From: a virus
IMG/VR virus record: IMGVR_UViG_3300027749_000038
Strand: one strand, 5' to 3'
DNA: 64,000 bases
Shown here: positions 46,741 to 57,624 of the stretch, in pieces
Position numbering within the stretch: position 1 is the first letter of the stretch
Layout: every line of letters begins with the position of its first letter
The notes under the pieces: generated by a model
Told to the model about the DNA's origin: nothing
The model's input: only the letters and a program-made list of their open reading frames with translations
The model's database searches: none
Position numbers and translations under genes: made by a program

Positions 46741-47526
46741 ATGATTTTAGCTTCTTTGCCAGAAAAATTAAATTATAATTGTTCTATCGTTCATTTGATA
46801 GATGAAGATTTGTGTTTGGATAAATCTTTAGATGTTATCAATTATAATGCTGAAGCCCTTTCTTATAGATTATCCTCATTAGAAGACAGAGCTTCTTCTT
46901 GGAATGCTTTATATTCTCTATTTTCATCCAACAGTGCGGCTTGGTTAAATGTTACATCTAATTTAAAAAATTTCGGTGAACGATGGAACACAGCCCATAA
47001 TACAGTTCAACAATTAAGTTCTAATTGGAGTATGGAATTTAGTTTAGTGTTTCCAACTGTTATTGGTTTTGATGATTGGTATGCTAATCTTTATTATATA
47101 AACTTAAGTATTCCAAATTGGTTAAATGTTAACTTTATTCCTTCTAATTATATAGAAGGTCAAACCATTTCTGTATACGTAAATCTTTTTAAAGATTATA
47201 ATTTTTCTTATACCTTTGCAAGAAAATTAGATGAGCCTTGTACTCCAACCGGTGGAGGTGCTACTATCAATTGTTCAAGTTGTAGTAACACCAATTATCA
47301 AGGTTGTAATCATCACGGCGGCAATGCTGGTTGGGGTCCTTGTGATAATGCATATGACCATTGTACCTATACTACACCAGCGTTAGCCGTGTCTGCTCCT
47401 TGCCCTTCTTCAGGTGCCAAAACATTATCTATTTCTTATTCTTTAACTGGAGCTGATTCTACCACAGCCCGTATTGTAAGACAAAGATATAAAAATTTAA
47501 ACAATTCTTGGAACCTTTTAACTTAA
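46741..47526 (+). CDS. Hypothetical tail protein (paralog family 1 of 3) with a Cys-rich insert
   Basis: N-terminal region shared with the next two ORFs; PCTPTGG...CSSC...GCNHH...PCDNAYDHC. Confidence 0.6.
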   Translation: MILASLPEKLNYNCSIVHLIDEDLCLDKSLDVINYNAEALSYRLSSLEDRASSWNALYSLFSSNSAAWLNVTSNLKNFGERWNTAHNTVQQLSSNWSMEFSLVFPTVIGFDDWYANLYYINLSIPNWLNVNFIPSNYIEGQTISVYVNLFKDYNFSYTFARKLDEPCTPTGGGATINCSSCSNTNYQGCNHHGGNAGWGPCDNAYDHCTYTTPALAVSAPCPSSGAKTLSISYSLTGADSTTARIVRQRYKNLNNSWNLLT

Positions 47527-47527
47527 T

Positions 47528-48493
47528 ATGCCAGTCACCTTACCAGTATCAAAAACAGATTTCATTGGAGATTCATTACAACTAATGAATCAGAACTATG
47601 CTAATTTGGATAAATGGGTTTATAACATAAAACTCAGTGCTGAAAATTTGTGGCAACCTTTATTTGATTTATTTTTATACAATCAAGATGGTTGGGATAA
47701 TGCTTTAACATTAGCAAAACAAAATTCAGCTACATGGATTTCCTTTGCTTCTACCGTAGAAACTAATAGTGCTAAATGGTTAAAACCTTTAACCATTTTT
47801 TATCCTGGTATTTACAATTCTAAAACGAGCAAGCCAGCTGCAGTAGTTAAAGAAATCGGAAACTGGCTTAATAACCATTTTCCCGTAACCAACCCAACAT
47901 CCACCATACCTCTATATGCAGAAAATCAAGAAGCCATTATTACCAACTTTTCTTTTACAGAAGAAATAATATCCAAACAGATTTCAAAAACTGATCCCAC
48001 TACTTGCAGGACTGGTACGGCTATAGCTTATGCTCAGTGTGCTACATATGGTTCTGGCATCGGTTATTGTTCTAATGGAGATTTGAATTGCACTGGTCTC
48101 ATATTAAAATGTCCTCAAACCAAAACGGTATATTGTCGATTTGATTTTCCTTATGAAAACATAAGTGACCCCGAAACACTTTCTGTAGATGGAGCCGTTT
48201 ATTATGAAGAAAAAGAAGGACCACCTTGGACCGGAGAAATGATTGCCAAACAAACTCCAGCTTCTGTCATAACTGCGAGCGCTTTACAGGGAGAGGGTAG
48301 GATACAAATGAAGTTGTATATAGATTACACCAATCGTAGAGAGAATACTGCTTTGAATTCTTTAAGATTTAAAGTATCTAATTGTGCTTGGGTTTTTGAT
48401 AGTGTGGTTGGCAACCAAATTAAAAATATACCACTTTCAGATACTCCAGTCATCTATCAACCAGTAGGATATGAACCCTCTCCAGACCGTTAG
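47528..48493 (+). CDS. Hypothetical tail protein (paralog family 2 of 3) with a Cys-rich insert
   Basis: DFIGDSLQLMNQNYANL...W..LF...W...V...S..W; multiple Cys residues in the mid-region. Confidence 0.6.
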   Translation: MPVTLPVSKTDFIGDSLQLMNQNYANLDKWVYNIKLSAENLWQPLFDLFLYNQDGWDNALTLAKQNSATWISFASTVETNSAKWLKPLTIFYPGIYNSKTSKPAAVVKEIGNWLNNHFPVTNPTSTIPLYAENQEAIITNFSFTEEIISKQISKTDPTTCRTGTAIAYAQCATYGSGIGYCSNGDLNCTGLILKCPQTKTVYCRFDFPYENISDPETLSVDGAVYYEEKEGPPWTGEMIAKQTPASVITASALQGEGRIQMKLYIDYTNRRENTALNSLRFKVSNCAWVFDSVVGNQIKNIPLSDTPVIYQPVGYEPSPDR

Positions 48494-48510
48494 TTTAAAT
48501 ATTTAAATTT

Positions 48511-49893
48511 ATGAATCGAAATTTTACATTTGAAATGTTTCCAGAAGATTGTGTTGGCAACGATGCTGGCAAACATAATTACAATGCTTTAAAATTAGAA
48601 GCAGAAATATGTAATCTGGATACAAAATTTTTCTCTAGTGATAGTGCTACAAAATTTTTAGATTCTTTCACTTCACGTTTACATTTACTATCTTCTCTTG
48701 GTGATCTGCAAAGATATAACAATGCCTATACCGCAGTTTCTTTATTAAGTTCTATTTGGCAAACCAAAGAATTTTCTGTTGTTTATGAAGTAAACATAGA
48801 TTCTACAGATGGCAAAACCATCTCCAATCCAAATTATAAGTCTACTATAGAACAAATAATATCTTTAGCTCAGACCTATGTAGATACAAATTATCCAGCA
48901 ATTAATTATCCAGAACTTACAAAAATTAATGTCTGTATGTTTTTGTATAGTACAGCAACCAATCAAAGCAGACCAAATGATTTAATAACTACGAAATTAT
49001 CCTCAGCAGATATATCCTATATGAACAGGTATGTGACTGCATCTATTTCTAGAGCCGATGTGTATTTTAAATTTGGTAAGATTATAACATTTATGGCTGG
49101 AGCCGGTAAATGGGATTTTGTTAATTTAATAGGTCCTACGGTCAACACCACCACAGATAGAACTTCCGCGGTTCTAGACATAACTAAAAATGTTATTGAT
49201 TTTAATATAGTAGATTATACAGACAAGTTAAATGGTTATATACCAGGGCGTACAGACATTATAGTAACAGTTTCTCCAGGAGTTCGTATTACCTCTTCAA
49301 ATCCAAGAATTGCAGCGATGACTTTATCCAATTTAGATGAAGGAGATTCGGTAGTACTTTTTAATTATGGTCTCATAGGAGGAGCTGGTGGAGAAGGAGG
49401 AGCTGGTGGGGATAGTTTTGATGGAGACACCGGCAAAGGTAAAATAGGCAAGTCTGGAGGACGCGGAGGAACTGCTATAGCTGCTTTTGTACCAACTATT
49501 ATAGAAAATCACGGCAGCATACTTGGAGGAGGTGGAGGAGGTGGAGGAGGTAACGGTAATTTAAATGGTAGTACCTCTACTGGAGGTGGTGGAGGCGGAG
49601 GTGCCGGATTTGCTCCTGGAGTTGGTGGTTATAGAGGCACTAATGCTCTTTTCAAAAGTAAGGGAATAGTAGTCAGGGACGGATCTATTGCCTCGGAAAA
49701 TAAAGGTGGTCTGGGTGGAGTAGGATTAGACTCTGATAATTTTAATGATGCTATTGGAGGAGCTGGTGGAGAAATTGGCAAACCTGGACAAAACAGTAAG
49801 TCTGCTGTTGGTGGTGGTGCTGGTTATTTCTTAATAGGTCTTTCCAATGTTTACTTTGCTGTTCGTGGACATTTATTAGGAAATGAGGCATAA
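48511..49893 (+). CDS. Tail protein (paralog family 3 of 3) with a C-terminal T2 gp38-like Gly-rich receptor-recognition domain
   Basis: DIIVTVSPGVRITS...VVLFNYGLIGGAGGEGG...GGRGGTAI...IENHGSILGGGGGGGGG. Confidence 0.7.
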   Translation: MNRNFTFEMFPEDCVGNDAGKHNYNALKLEAEICNLDTKFFSSDSATKFLDSFTSRLHLLSSLGDLQRYNNAYTAVSLLSSIWQTKEFSVVYEVNIDSTDGKTISNPNYKSTIEQIISLAQTYVDTNYPAINYPELTKINVCMFLYSTATNQSRPNDLITTKLSSADISYMNRYVTASISRADVYFKFGKIITFMAGAGKWDFVNLIGPTVNTTTDRTSAVLDITKNVIDFNIVDYTDKLNGYIPGRTDIIVTVSPGVRITSSNPRIAAMTLSNLDEGDSVVLFNYGLIGGAGGEGGAGGDSFDGDTGKGKIGKSGGRGGTAIAAFVPTIIENHGSILGGGGGGGGGNGNLNGSTSTGGGGGGGAGFAPGVGGYRGTNALFKSKGIVVRDGSIASENKGGLGGVGLDSDNFNDAIGGAGGEIGKPGQNSKSAVGGGAGYFLIGLSNVYFAVRGHLLGNEA

Positions 49894-49901
49894 TACTTCA
49901 T

Positions 49902-50297
49902 ATGTATGTATTGTTCAACAGAGAAGGTACCTTTATAGGATATAGTGCAGATGTCCCGCCCCAAGCTAACATATTAAAAATAGAAATACCAGATCACTTA
50001 AAGTTGACAGAATGGTATTGGGAAGGAGATTTCAATAATGGCAAAATGGTTCCTATCTTATCAGATAACCCTAATGAGGCTAATGAAATTTTAATTTTTG
50101 AAAAACTTAATCAAAGATATCCATTATCTAAACAATTACATCTTATAGTAAGACAACTTTATAAAACAACTAAAGACAATCCAGAAGCTGATTCTGAATT
50201 TCTAGATATGGCTGAACAAATAATAGATGCTATTGATAACAGAACCCAGCGACTTAAATATTATTCTTCTTTTAAAAAACAACATGAATCCAACTAA
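49902..50297 (+). CDS. Hypothetical protein (tail-assembly-like)
   Basis: 131-aa ORF directly after the gp38-like gene. Confidence 0.55.
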   Translation: MYVLFNREGTFIGYSADVPPQANILKIEIPDHLKLTEWYWEGDFNNGKMVPILSDNPNEANEILIFEKLNQRYPLSKQLHLIVRQLYKTTKDNPEADSEFLDMAEQIIDAIDNRTQRLKYYSSFKKQHESN

Positions 50298-50745
50298 AGA
50301 TCCTCGGCTGCAATTAAAATATAGTAATGGTCTCGGAGATGTTATTGCTTCTATTTTACATTCTAATTTCTTAGGATGGTTAACTAAACTTATTACCGGC
50401 AAAGACGCTCCGTGTACAACTTGCAGCAAACGAGCAGAAGCTTTGAATATACTATTTCCATTTAAAGTGTGGAAATTTTATTTTAAAGATGAAGAATCTA
50501 TGATTGCTAGTTTGGTGACAGAATTAGAAGCTTGTGGTTATATAACCAATGTTAAACAAGGCAATCAATTAATATATGGTTATGTAGATTCAACTACTCA
50601 ATTAAACACATTAGATACAATGGCTCGAACTACAGCAGCTAGTCCGATTGATGTACCAGAAAATTATTTTTTACTAACCTCTAATGATGATAAAATAGAT
50701 AACATCATCATCAGAAATCAAGTCTTTAAACTTAGAAATTCATGA
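50284..50745 (+). CDS. Hypothetical protein with GLGD...CxxC..R...LN motif
   Basis: GLGDVIASILH...APCTTCSKRAEALNILFP; ATG at 50284. Confidence 0.6.
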   Translation: MNPTKDPRLQLKYSNGLGDVIASILHSNFLGWLTKLITGKDAPCTTCSKRAEALNILFPFKVWKFYFKDEESMIASLVTELEACGYITNVKQGNQLIYGYVDSTTQLNTLDTMARTTAASPIDVPENYFLLTSNDDKIDNIIIRNQVFKLRNS

Positions 50746-51209
50746 ACGCAAACATCACAATTATTAAAATGCAAGAAACAGACAATCTAGATTCTTCTAG
50801 ATTTTTTGGTTTATTATTATCTAGAGTACTCACCTCTATTCATATGGTTCATTGGTATTCTACCAACTTTAATGTACATGAAATCTTGGGAGATTTATAT
50901 GAAGACCTAGACGGTCTTTTTGACAAACTCCAAGAAGAAATTATTGGCACTAGTAAAAATAATACACAACTTTTTCCAAGTTTTGATCCAGAAAAAATTA
51001 ATTTGGAAATTGATAATTACAAGAATACGGATTCTTTAATGAAAAATTATTATCAAACAGTTACTACTCTAGTTTCTATTCTTAATTCTCAAGAATTTTC
51101 TACATATATCATTAATGTCTCTTCTGGACTAAACAATACTAAAGAAGATATTTTGTCTAGAATCAATAAATCCAATTACTTGTTAGATATGGTTTCTTTT
51201 GGCAAATAA
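50742..51209 (+). CDS. Ferritin/Dps-like four-helix protein (phage DUF5856-like)
   Basis: IHMVHWYSTNFNVHEILGDLYEDLDGLFDKLQEEIIG...EDILSRINKSNYLL. Confidence 0.7.
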   Translation: MNANITIIKMQETDNLDSSRFFGLLLSRVLTSIHMVHWYSTNFNVHEILGDLYEDLDGLFDKLQEEIIGTSKNNTQLFPSFDPEKINLEIDNYKNTDSLMKNYYQTVTTLVSILNSQEFSTYIINVSSGLNNTKEDILSRINKSNYLLDMVSFGK

Positions 51210-54200
51210 TTAAAATCCCCTTTTACTTCTTACAATAATGGTTTTAGCTGGAGTTACGATATATCCAGCTATATTGGATATCTTACAATAATAATATCCC
51301 GTATCAGGGATAGAGGTTTTATATATAGTAAAGGTAGACAATGTTCCTTTTGGAATAACCACATCATCTTTATACCACTGATAAGAATACGGAGCATATC
51401 CACTAACAGTTACACTAAATGTTAGTAAAGTATCGGTTAACAGATCGAGTAAACTAGAGCTTATATTTGAAGTAAAACTAGTGATTCCGGGCGGATCTTT
51501 GTGTGTATACACCATATCTTCATAATTAAGAGATTCGGTGTGTTTATAAAGGCCGTAATCATAACCGAAAATATCCGTACGCCATTGCACTAAGGCTCCT
51601 CTATTAGTTAATAGAGCACCCACTCGCTTCTGATAAACTCCATCACTGATTTCATTACGATAACTGGTCTCTACATTTTGTTGATCCCATCTAGGTTCTG
51701 GTTGGTCATAATTCCAAAATTCAAAATCATCATCCTGTCGAGACAGTCCGTGTTTGTTATATCCTAGTGTTTCATAAGAGGTTTGATAAGGTGTAAATTT
51801 TTGATTTTCTTTTGCATTAATTAATACACCAGCCTTACCACCGGAGCTATATGGTTCCATTATCCAACTGTTATCGGTATGTTTGAGAGTAATCGGAGAT
51901 AATTGATCTTCTTCAGTTAAACCTCTATTTCTAGAACCATATTTTTGAGTATCCAAAAACAAGCGTTCAGCACTTAAAGCATCTATTTTACTCAAAGCAT
52001 TTGAATCTATTTCATATTCAAATCCTCTACCTCTATAGCTAGAAGTTCCTAAAAATTCAGGTAACAAATATCCTCCAGTTTGTTTTTCTGTGACTGCTAA
52101 AGAAGGAAAAGAAACATTAGCTACTGTGGGATAATATCGATTGGTTAAATTTTGATGCGGATTTAATGGTTCTATAGCTAACCCAGTAATTAAAGAGGTA
52201 TAACTATTACTGCATTTGTTTCTTAAATATAATTTTTCAGAATAATTTAAAGCATTTCTGGCTATATAATGATATCTTGCTGGTTTATATTGAGAAAAAC
52301 TTTCTAACAATAAATTACTATGAATTTTAGTATTATCTACCATCACATCATATATATCAGTTTTAAGAAAATCTCTTAAATTAGAAAAAGTTTTATTAAA
52401 TACTATTTCATTCCAAGTATTACCTTTAAAACTTTCATCCATTTTTAAAGGCTGTATCCATCTTAAATCATTAACTGGTACTGGAGACCTGGTATAGGTT
52501 AAATAGTCTGCATGATGAATAACCATATTAGAAATGTCCGGCTGATGTATAGGCACATATTCATTTATAAAACGCACCACACCACCCATGGAAACTGTAT
52601 CTGTTGGTACCTTTGCCCAAAAAGGCTTACCACCCATTTCTTGACCCACACTAGTTACAGAAAAAGAATTGGTAGAATAATTCCAACCATCTAATTTTAC
52701 ATTTATGGTAAATGGAGAAGTAACTTGAACAAATGTAGATTGATCATACAAATCATTATAAGCAATGGTGCTGCGATGTTGATATATAATAATATCACTA
52801 GGACGCAAAACCATATCTGATGGTATTTCTGTGCCGATCCAATTTCCAGCACTATTTTTGATGGCTTTTTTCCAAGTTGGTCTTGATGGCACCACCCCGT
52901 TTACTCGATGAGATACATAAGAAACAAAAGAATCATAATCCCCATCTCCAGAAACCAAATATTTATGGAGATTGAAATGATTTGATTTGCTAGAAGCTAT
53001 CTGATCCATTTTTGAACCCGTAATAGACAATTCGCCGAGACTAACGGTCATTATTTCTATACCAGCTTTGTTGATAGAATCTGCCAAAGCCAAAGTATTT
53101 ACTGTAGGAGCTGTTTCAATACCATCACTAATTAAAACTATTTTCTTATTAGCTTTTGGATTTGGACTGTTAACTGTTTTGAGTAATCCCAAATAATTAA
53201 CTATAGTAGTATTTAAATTGTTACACACCCCAGCAATAGTTCCGATGGAATTATTGGAAGAAGGAAAGGGGGTGGTTAATAGTATTTTTGATAACTCTAA
53301 AGCACCTCCTATGTTAGTAGTATAATCTTTTTGAAAATCATATTGTTTTACTCCATCCACCATCAAAGACAAAGAATAAGAATCCGTGGTTAAAAAATTT
53401 ACAAAAGAAGCATAAGAACCAAAAGTAACAACAGAAATTTGAGTTTTACGAGATTTGGTTAAAGTGGCTTCTTTAACTAATTTAGCAACTGCATTTTTTA
53501 TTTGCTCAAAATCATAGGTTTGCGAACGACTTATGTCCCAAGCTATTACTATATCATAATAGTTATCATCATCTGGTACAGAGCTTTTTAAAGTATTATA
53601 TGGAAACTTTGATACAAAAGAAGGAATTTGTATATTTCGCGAAGCTCCTATTCTGAGATTGGATCTGCAGTAAACATATTTTCTCCCAGTTTTAAGAATT
53701 AAACTGTCTCCAACGCTAGATAATTTTTTATCTGGAGTTTTCCATCTTCCTTCTCCAAACCCGACCACATTATCTCCTTTATTATATGGAGCCAATTGAA
53801 AGAATGCAAATTGAGGACTTTCTCTATAATCCAATCCATGGGTATCTCTCCAACCGGTTAATGTAAAATTGTCTCCTAAATTAAACGGATCAGCATACAC
53901 ATAATCAGTTAAAGAATTATAGTCTTCAAAATTTTGTCCGACATGACCTAATGGAGAATAATAAACTGCCTTGCAAGTACATTTATTCCAATGATTTTTA
54001 TCATAAAGAGGATCTGGATTTATATAATCCTGGTCTTCATAATAATCATGTGGATAGGTTTTGGTATAAGGACAACCTAAGGCATGTTCTGTAAATTTGA
54101 ATACATAATCCGCTCGGGTATCTGGACCACACCAAACAAAAGAAGTTCGGGAACCACCTGCAGAATTAAAAGATAAAGCCCCTTGAATAGGCCCTTCTAT

Positions 54201-56003
54201 GTAATGGGCACAATTCACAGCTGACATGGGTCCATATATATTTATATTTTCTCTTATTAGAGTATTTATAGAAGCTGATTGAAGCCAAGCTCCTTCTATA
54301 GCTTTAGTAAAATCTCCATTGGAATCTAATTTATAAATAATATCTGCCTGATCTATAGTCAAACCAGCAACCGCTCCATCAAAATCATAGGTTGCATTGG
54401 TGTCTATTAATCTTACCGGTAAACTAGTTTCTTCGTTTAATGTAATTGGCAAATTTGTGTCGGTACTATAAGTGGTGACTGGCCATAAAATATTTTGATT
54501 TCCGGTTGCTATAGGCAAATCGGTGCGATCAAATTTATAAAGATATGCCTTTTCTATTTCACCGTTATAAACATTGGGCAGGGTGTAAGAGTGAGGGTTG
54601 CGGGTTATGCTGTCAGCTGCATCAGAAAATGCATTAGCATAGGCACCTTGAGAAATAAGATTGGTTTGATTTAAATAAATAGATCTACTTGCAGTTGATG
54701 GAAAGGTTTGTGTGTAATAATCTGATAAAGTAGTTAACTGTTGAGATATGGTTGAAGTCTTAAACAATTTAACATCCCTTCCGGTTAAAGAATGAGTTTT
54801 AAATGTTAAACTTTTAGGGGACAACTCAAACCCGACATAAGGATATAAAAATTCAGTTATTTCTCCAGATTTAATAGTTAAATCTGTTATACCGTTTCTT
54901 GGTTCTGTATACGGTCCTTGTAACCAAGCACCTTCTACCACTCCGTTTTTGTCTGTGAATATAATATCTGAGTTCGTCAAATCTGTCCCGGCAGTGGCCC
55001 CACTAGCCAATAAATTAGATTGTTGAATATTTAACGGAACATAAGAGTTATTATAAACTTTCTCTGTTAAAGTTTGATAACCATCTGGCCATAAAAACCA
55101 ATTACTACCAGCAACAAAAGTATTATTTAATATATAATCTGGTTGTGGATTTTCTTCAATTCTGATAGCAGTTAATCCGTAAATTTTTTCTCCTAAATAT
55201 TTTTCAGTTGCTGCTACTTCGGCATTGATTTGATAGGTCAAATCAATGTTATTATTTGTTTGTAAAACATTGGTTAAATAATCTTTAAACAGAGTAGATA
55301 AAGTGGTTTCAGACACTCGAGGCAATATCTTGCTTGAAATAATATTATAGACCATTTCATCCGTAACATTCATTAACGGAAAATAGTCTTGCAGATATTC
55401 TTCCCCCTTCAATAAAGAATCTAAACTAGGTAAATTATTTTTATCATGATAGGAATGAGGATCATGTAGTTCTTCTATTTCTACAAAAAAATCATTTTTA
55501 ATAGCACTTAATTCTGGAAATTTGGCTTGTATAGCCAATACTGGAATTTGACTAATATGTCCTTGATTTTGAGTAAAACTCTTTAATATGTATTCATATA
55601 AAAGAGACTGCAAACCTTCTGTAGAACCAATAGAATTATATCTAGATTTAGCTCTTTTGACCGTTTCTCGTTTGTTGGTTAAAACATTAGCAACTTCTTT
55701 AAGTTTTTTAGCAAAAAATGGAATTGCTAATATTAATTCTTCTTCATTATCATAATTTATATCTTTCAAAAAAGGATCTGAAGTAGTCTCCTTGAATAAA
55801 AAATTTAAATCTTTAAGTAATTGTATATATTGTTCCTTAAGTGTTTTTTGATTTTCTGTTCTAGTATTTTTTTGAGATTTGTACCAAGTTTGTAGATATT
55901 CAACATACAAAAATTCATTTGTTTCATGAATTGTTGCATTTTGGTAATTAATCCATTGAGTATAAGTCAATGGAGTTTGGGTATTTAGTGGAACAGAAGA
56001 CAT
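51210..56003 (-). CDS. Large structural protein (1597 aa) with a vWA domain and a C-terminal Ig domain
   Basis: MIDAS motif WDISRSQ, TNIGGAL and IVLISDG; C-terminal FSVTVSGYAPYSYQWYKD...DTGYYYCKISN (Ig). Confidence 0.8.
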   Translation of the reverse strand: MSSVPLNTQTPLTYTQWINYQNATIHETNEFLYVEYLQTWYKSQKNTRTENQKTLKEQYIQLLKDLNFLFKETTSDPFLKDINYDNEEELILAIPFFAKKLKEVANVLTNKRETVKRAKSRYNSIGSTEGLQSLLYEYILKSFTQNQGHISQIPVLAIQAKFPELSAIKNDFFVEIEELHDPHSYHDKNNLPSLDSLLKGEEYLQDYFPLMNVTDEMVYNIISSKILPRVSETTLSTLFKDYLTNVLQTNNNIDLTYQINAEVAATEKYLGEKIYGLTAIRIEENPQPDYILNNTFVAGSNWFLWPDGYQTLTEKVYNNSYVPLNIQQSNLLASGATAGTDLTNSDIIFTDKNGVVEGAWLQGPYTEPRNGITDLTIKSGEITEFLYPYVGFELSPKSLTFKTHSLTGRDVKLFKTSTISQQLTTLSDYYTQTFPSTASRSIYLNQTNLISQGAYANAFSDAADSITRNPHSYTLPNVYNGEIEKAYLYKFDRTDLPIATGNQNILWPVTTYSTDTNLPITLNEETSLPVRLIDTNATYDFDGAVAGLTIDQADIIYKLDSNGDFTKAIEGAWLQSASINTLIRENINIYGPMSAVNCAHYIEGPIQGALSFNSAGGSRTSFVWCGPDTRADYVFKFTEHALGCPYTKTYPHDYYEDQDYINPDPLYDKNHWNKCTCKAVYYSPLGHVGQNFEDYNSLTDYVYADPFNLGDNFTLTGWRDTHGLDYRESPQFAFFQLAPYNKGDNVVGFGEGRWKTPDKKLSSVGDSLILKTGRKYVYCRSNLRIGASRNIQIPSFVSKFPYNTLKSSVPDDDNYYDIVIAWDISRSQTYDFEQIKNAVAKLVKEATLTKSRKTQISVVTFGSYASFVNFLTTDSYSLSLMVDGVKQYDFQKDYTTNIGGALELSKILLTTPFPSSNNSIGTIAGVCNNLNTTIVNYLGLLKTVNSPNPKANKKIVLISDGIETAPTVNTLALADSINKAGIEIMTVSLGELSITGSKMDQIASSKSNHFNLHKYLVSGDGDYDSFVSYVSHRVNGVVPSRPTWKKAIKNSAGNWIGTEIPSDMVLRPSDIIIYQHRSTIAYNDLYDQSTFVQVTSPFTINVKLDGWNYSTNSFSVTSVGQEMGGKPFWAKVPTDTVSMGGVVRFINEYVPIHQPDISNMVIHHADYLTYTRSPVPVNDLRWIQPLKMDESFKGNTWNEIVFNKTFSNLRDFLKTDIYDVMVDNTKIHSNLLLESFSQYKPARYHYIARNALNYSEKLYLRNKCSNSYTSLITGLAIEPLNPHQNLTNRYYPTVANVSFPSLAVTEKQTGGYLLPEFLGTSSYRGRGFEYEIDSNALSKIDALSAERLFLDTQKYGSRNRGLTEEDQLSPITLKHTDNSWIMEPYSSGGKAGVLINAKENQKFTPYQTSYETLGYNKHGLSRQDDDFEFWNYDQPEPRWDQQNVETSYRNEISDGVYQKRVGALLTNRGALVQWRTDIFGYDYGLYKHTESLNYEDMVYTHKDPPGITSFTSNISSSLLDLLTDTLLTFSVTVSGYAPYSYQWYKDDVVIPKGTLSTFTIYKTSIPDTGYYYCKISNIAGYIVTPAKTIIVRSKRGF

Positions 56004-56012
56004 ACAACAATA

Positions 56013-57608
56013 TTAAGGAGCTTGATAAGCCAATACTTTGGTAGATTTACCGCTAGAGTCCTTTATAGTAATATATCCGTTGGCTGAAATGCCTTGACTG
56101 GATGTAAAGGCTCCGTATTGAACATTGTTACCTAATTGAATATATTTAGAAGTTCCTTTGGGTATGATTTGTAAATCAGAATCTGCTCCTAATACAGAAA
56201 CAACCACTGGTCCAGTAGATCCCCCAGAACTTACACCTCCCATAATAGTAAGATAAGAATTAGAAGCATTATCTACAATTTGTAATTGAGTCTTGGATGT
56301 ATTGGTTTTAAAATAAATAGAGCTATTATCAGAGGTGCTTACAGTCAAAGAACCTTTATTAGCATTCACAGTAGCTCCGGTATCTGTTGCAAAGAATGTA
56401 GATACAAAGGTATTAATTTTTCCCAAAACATTAGAAGAGCCGCCAGTATTTGAACCTCCACAAACAACCCCACCATTTAACATTTCATACCCGTATCTAT
56501 TATTCAAATCAGAAAGAGTTAGACTCGAGAGTATATCATAACATTCTATAATTCCACCGTCTTTTGCATAAAATCCAGATCCTCCATTAGACAGAGATTT
56601 ACTGGCTGAGGCTCTAATCTGAGCATTGGTGTAAGCAGCTACTCCATTGTAGGTTGCTGCAGATAATTTGCCATTAATACAACTTATCTGACCCCCGTAA
56701 TCTGCCTTTACACAATTTTCTCCACCAGAGACAGCCAAGAATTGTAAATCTATGATACCACCAAAACTAGCATATATACCAGCTCCGTAACAATTTTTAA
56801 ATATGGTGCTTGCATTACTTGGTTCAGTTTCTCGTCTAACTACAGATCCATTACTTGCATATATTCCATAATACCATTGCTCTATTATATTATTAGTCCC
56901 TAAAATTATAGAACTTCCTCCATAAAGTCTTAAAGCCGCTTTTTGTTGTGATATGGTTGAATTCCCACCTTGAATATAAAAATTGTCTATTATACCAAAT
57001 TGATGACCGTCTGAACAAGTAAACAAATCATATACAATGATATTTGTATTTGCAGGTGTAATAGTAATTCTACTACTGCTGCCTTTAGGATCTCCTAAAA
57101 TATTTATATATTTACCATACGGATGATTTAGTGTTATACCAGCACTAAATGTAAAATTTTCAGTCACTTTTAAATTTATAATTGCTCCATTTTCAATATG
57201 CCAATTTGCCATTCCTATCAAAGCATCTTGAATAGTTGAAAAATCTTCTGGAATATAAAGATTAATTGTTCCAGAATTTCCTTTTATAAAAAGCCGTTGA
57301 GTTTTACAAGATCTACAAGCAGCTGCCGGAGAAGTAAAATCAGCCGTGGTTCTAATATCATTAAGTTTATTATCCAAAGAATTTCTAATAGAACTATCTC
57401 CATCAGCTTTATAAGAAATCTTATCAACACTTATATTTTTAAGAGGCATTAACCTATCAGCTTGAGACATCAGATCCGCAGTTGTGACTTGTATTTCGTA
57501 GGGGTCTCCACTATCTGGAACAGATCTATAACCCACCAAATAATCGGTAGACTTCAGAGGATTATCTGTAGCGTTTGCCGTACTGAACTGTTTAAAGGTT
57601 TTAGACAT
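56013..57608 (-). CDS. Tailspike/fibre with parallel beta-helix repeats
   Basis: NLYIPEDFSTIQDAL..., repeated YGIYAS.G..(V/I); tailspike-like C-terminus ending NGYITIKDSSG. Confidence 0.6.
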   Translation of the reverse strand: MSKTFKQFSTANATDNPLKSTDYLVGYRSVPDSGDPYEIQVTTADLMSQADRLMPLKNISVDKISYKADGDSSIRNSLDNKLNDIRTTADFTSPAAACRSCKTQRLFIKGNSGTINLYIPEDFSTIQDALIGMANWHIENGAIINLKVTENFTFSAGITLNHPYGKYINILGDPKGSSSRITITPANTNIIVYDLFTCSDGHQFGIIDNFYIQGGNSTISQQKAALRLYGGSSIILGTNNIIEQWYYGIYASNGSVVRRETEPSNASTIFKNCYGAGIYASFGGIIDLQFLAVSGGENCVKADYGGQISCINGKLSAATYNGVAAYTNAQIRASASKSLSNGGSGFYAKDGGIIECYDILSSLTLSDLNNRYGYEMLNGGVVCGGSNTGGSSNVLGKINTFVSTFFATDTGATVNANKGSLTVSTSDNSSIYFKTNTSKTQLQIVDNASNSYLTIMGGVSSGGSTGPVVVSVLGADSDLQIIPKGTSKYIQLGNNVQYGAFTSSQGISANGYITIKDSSGKSTKVLAYQAP

Positions 57609-57624
57609 ATATTATTATTTATGG

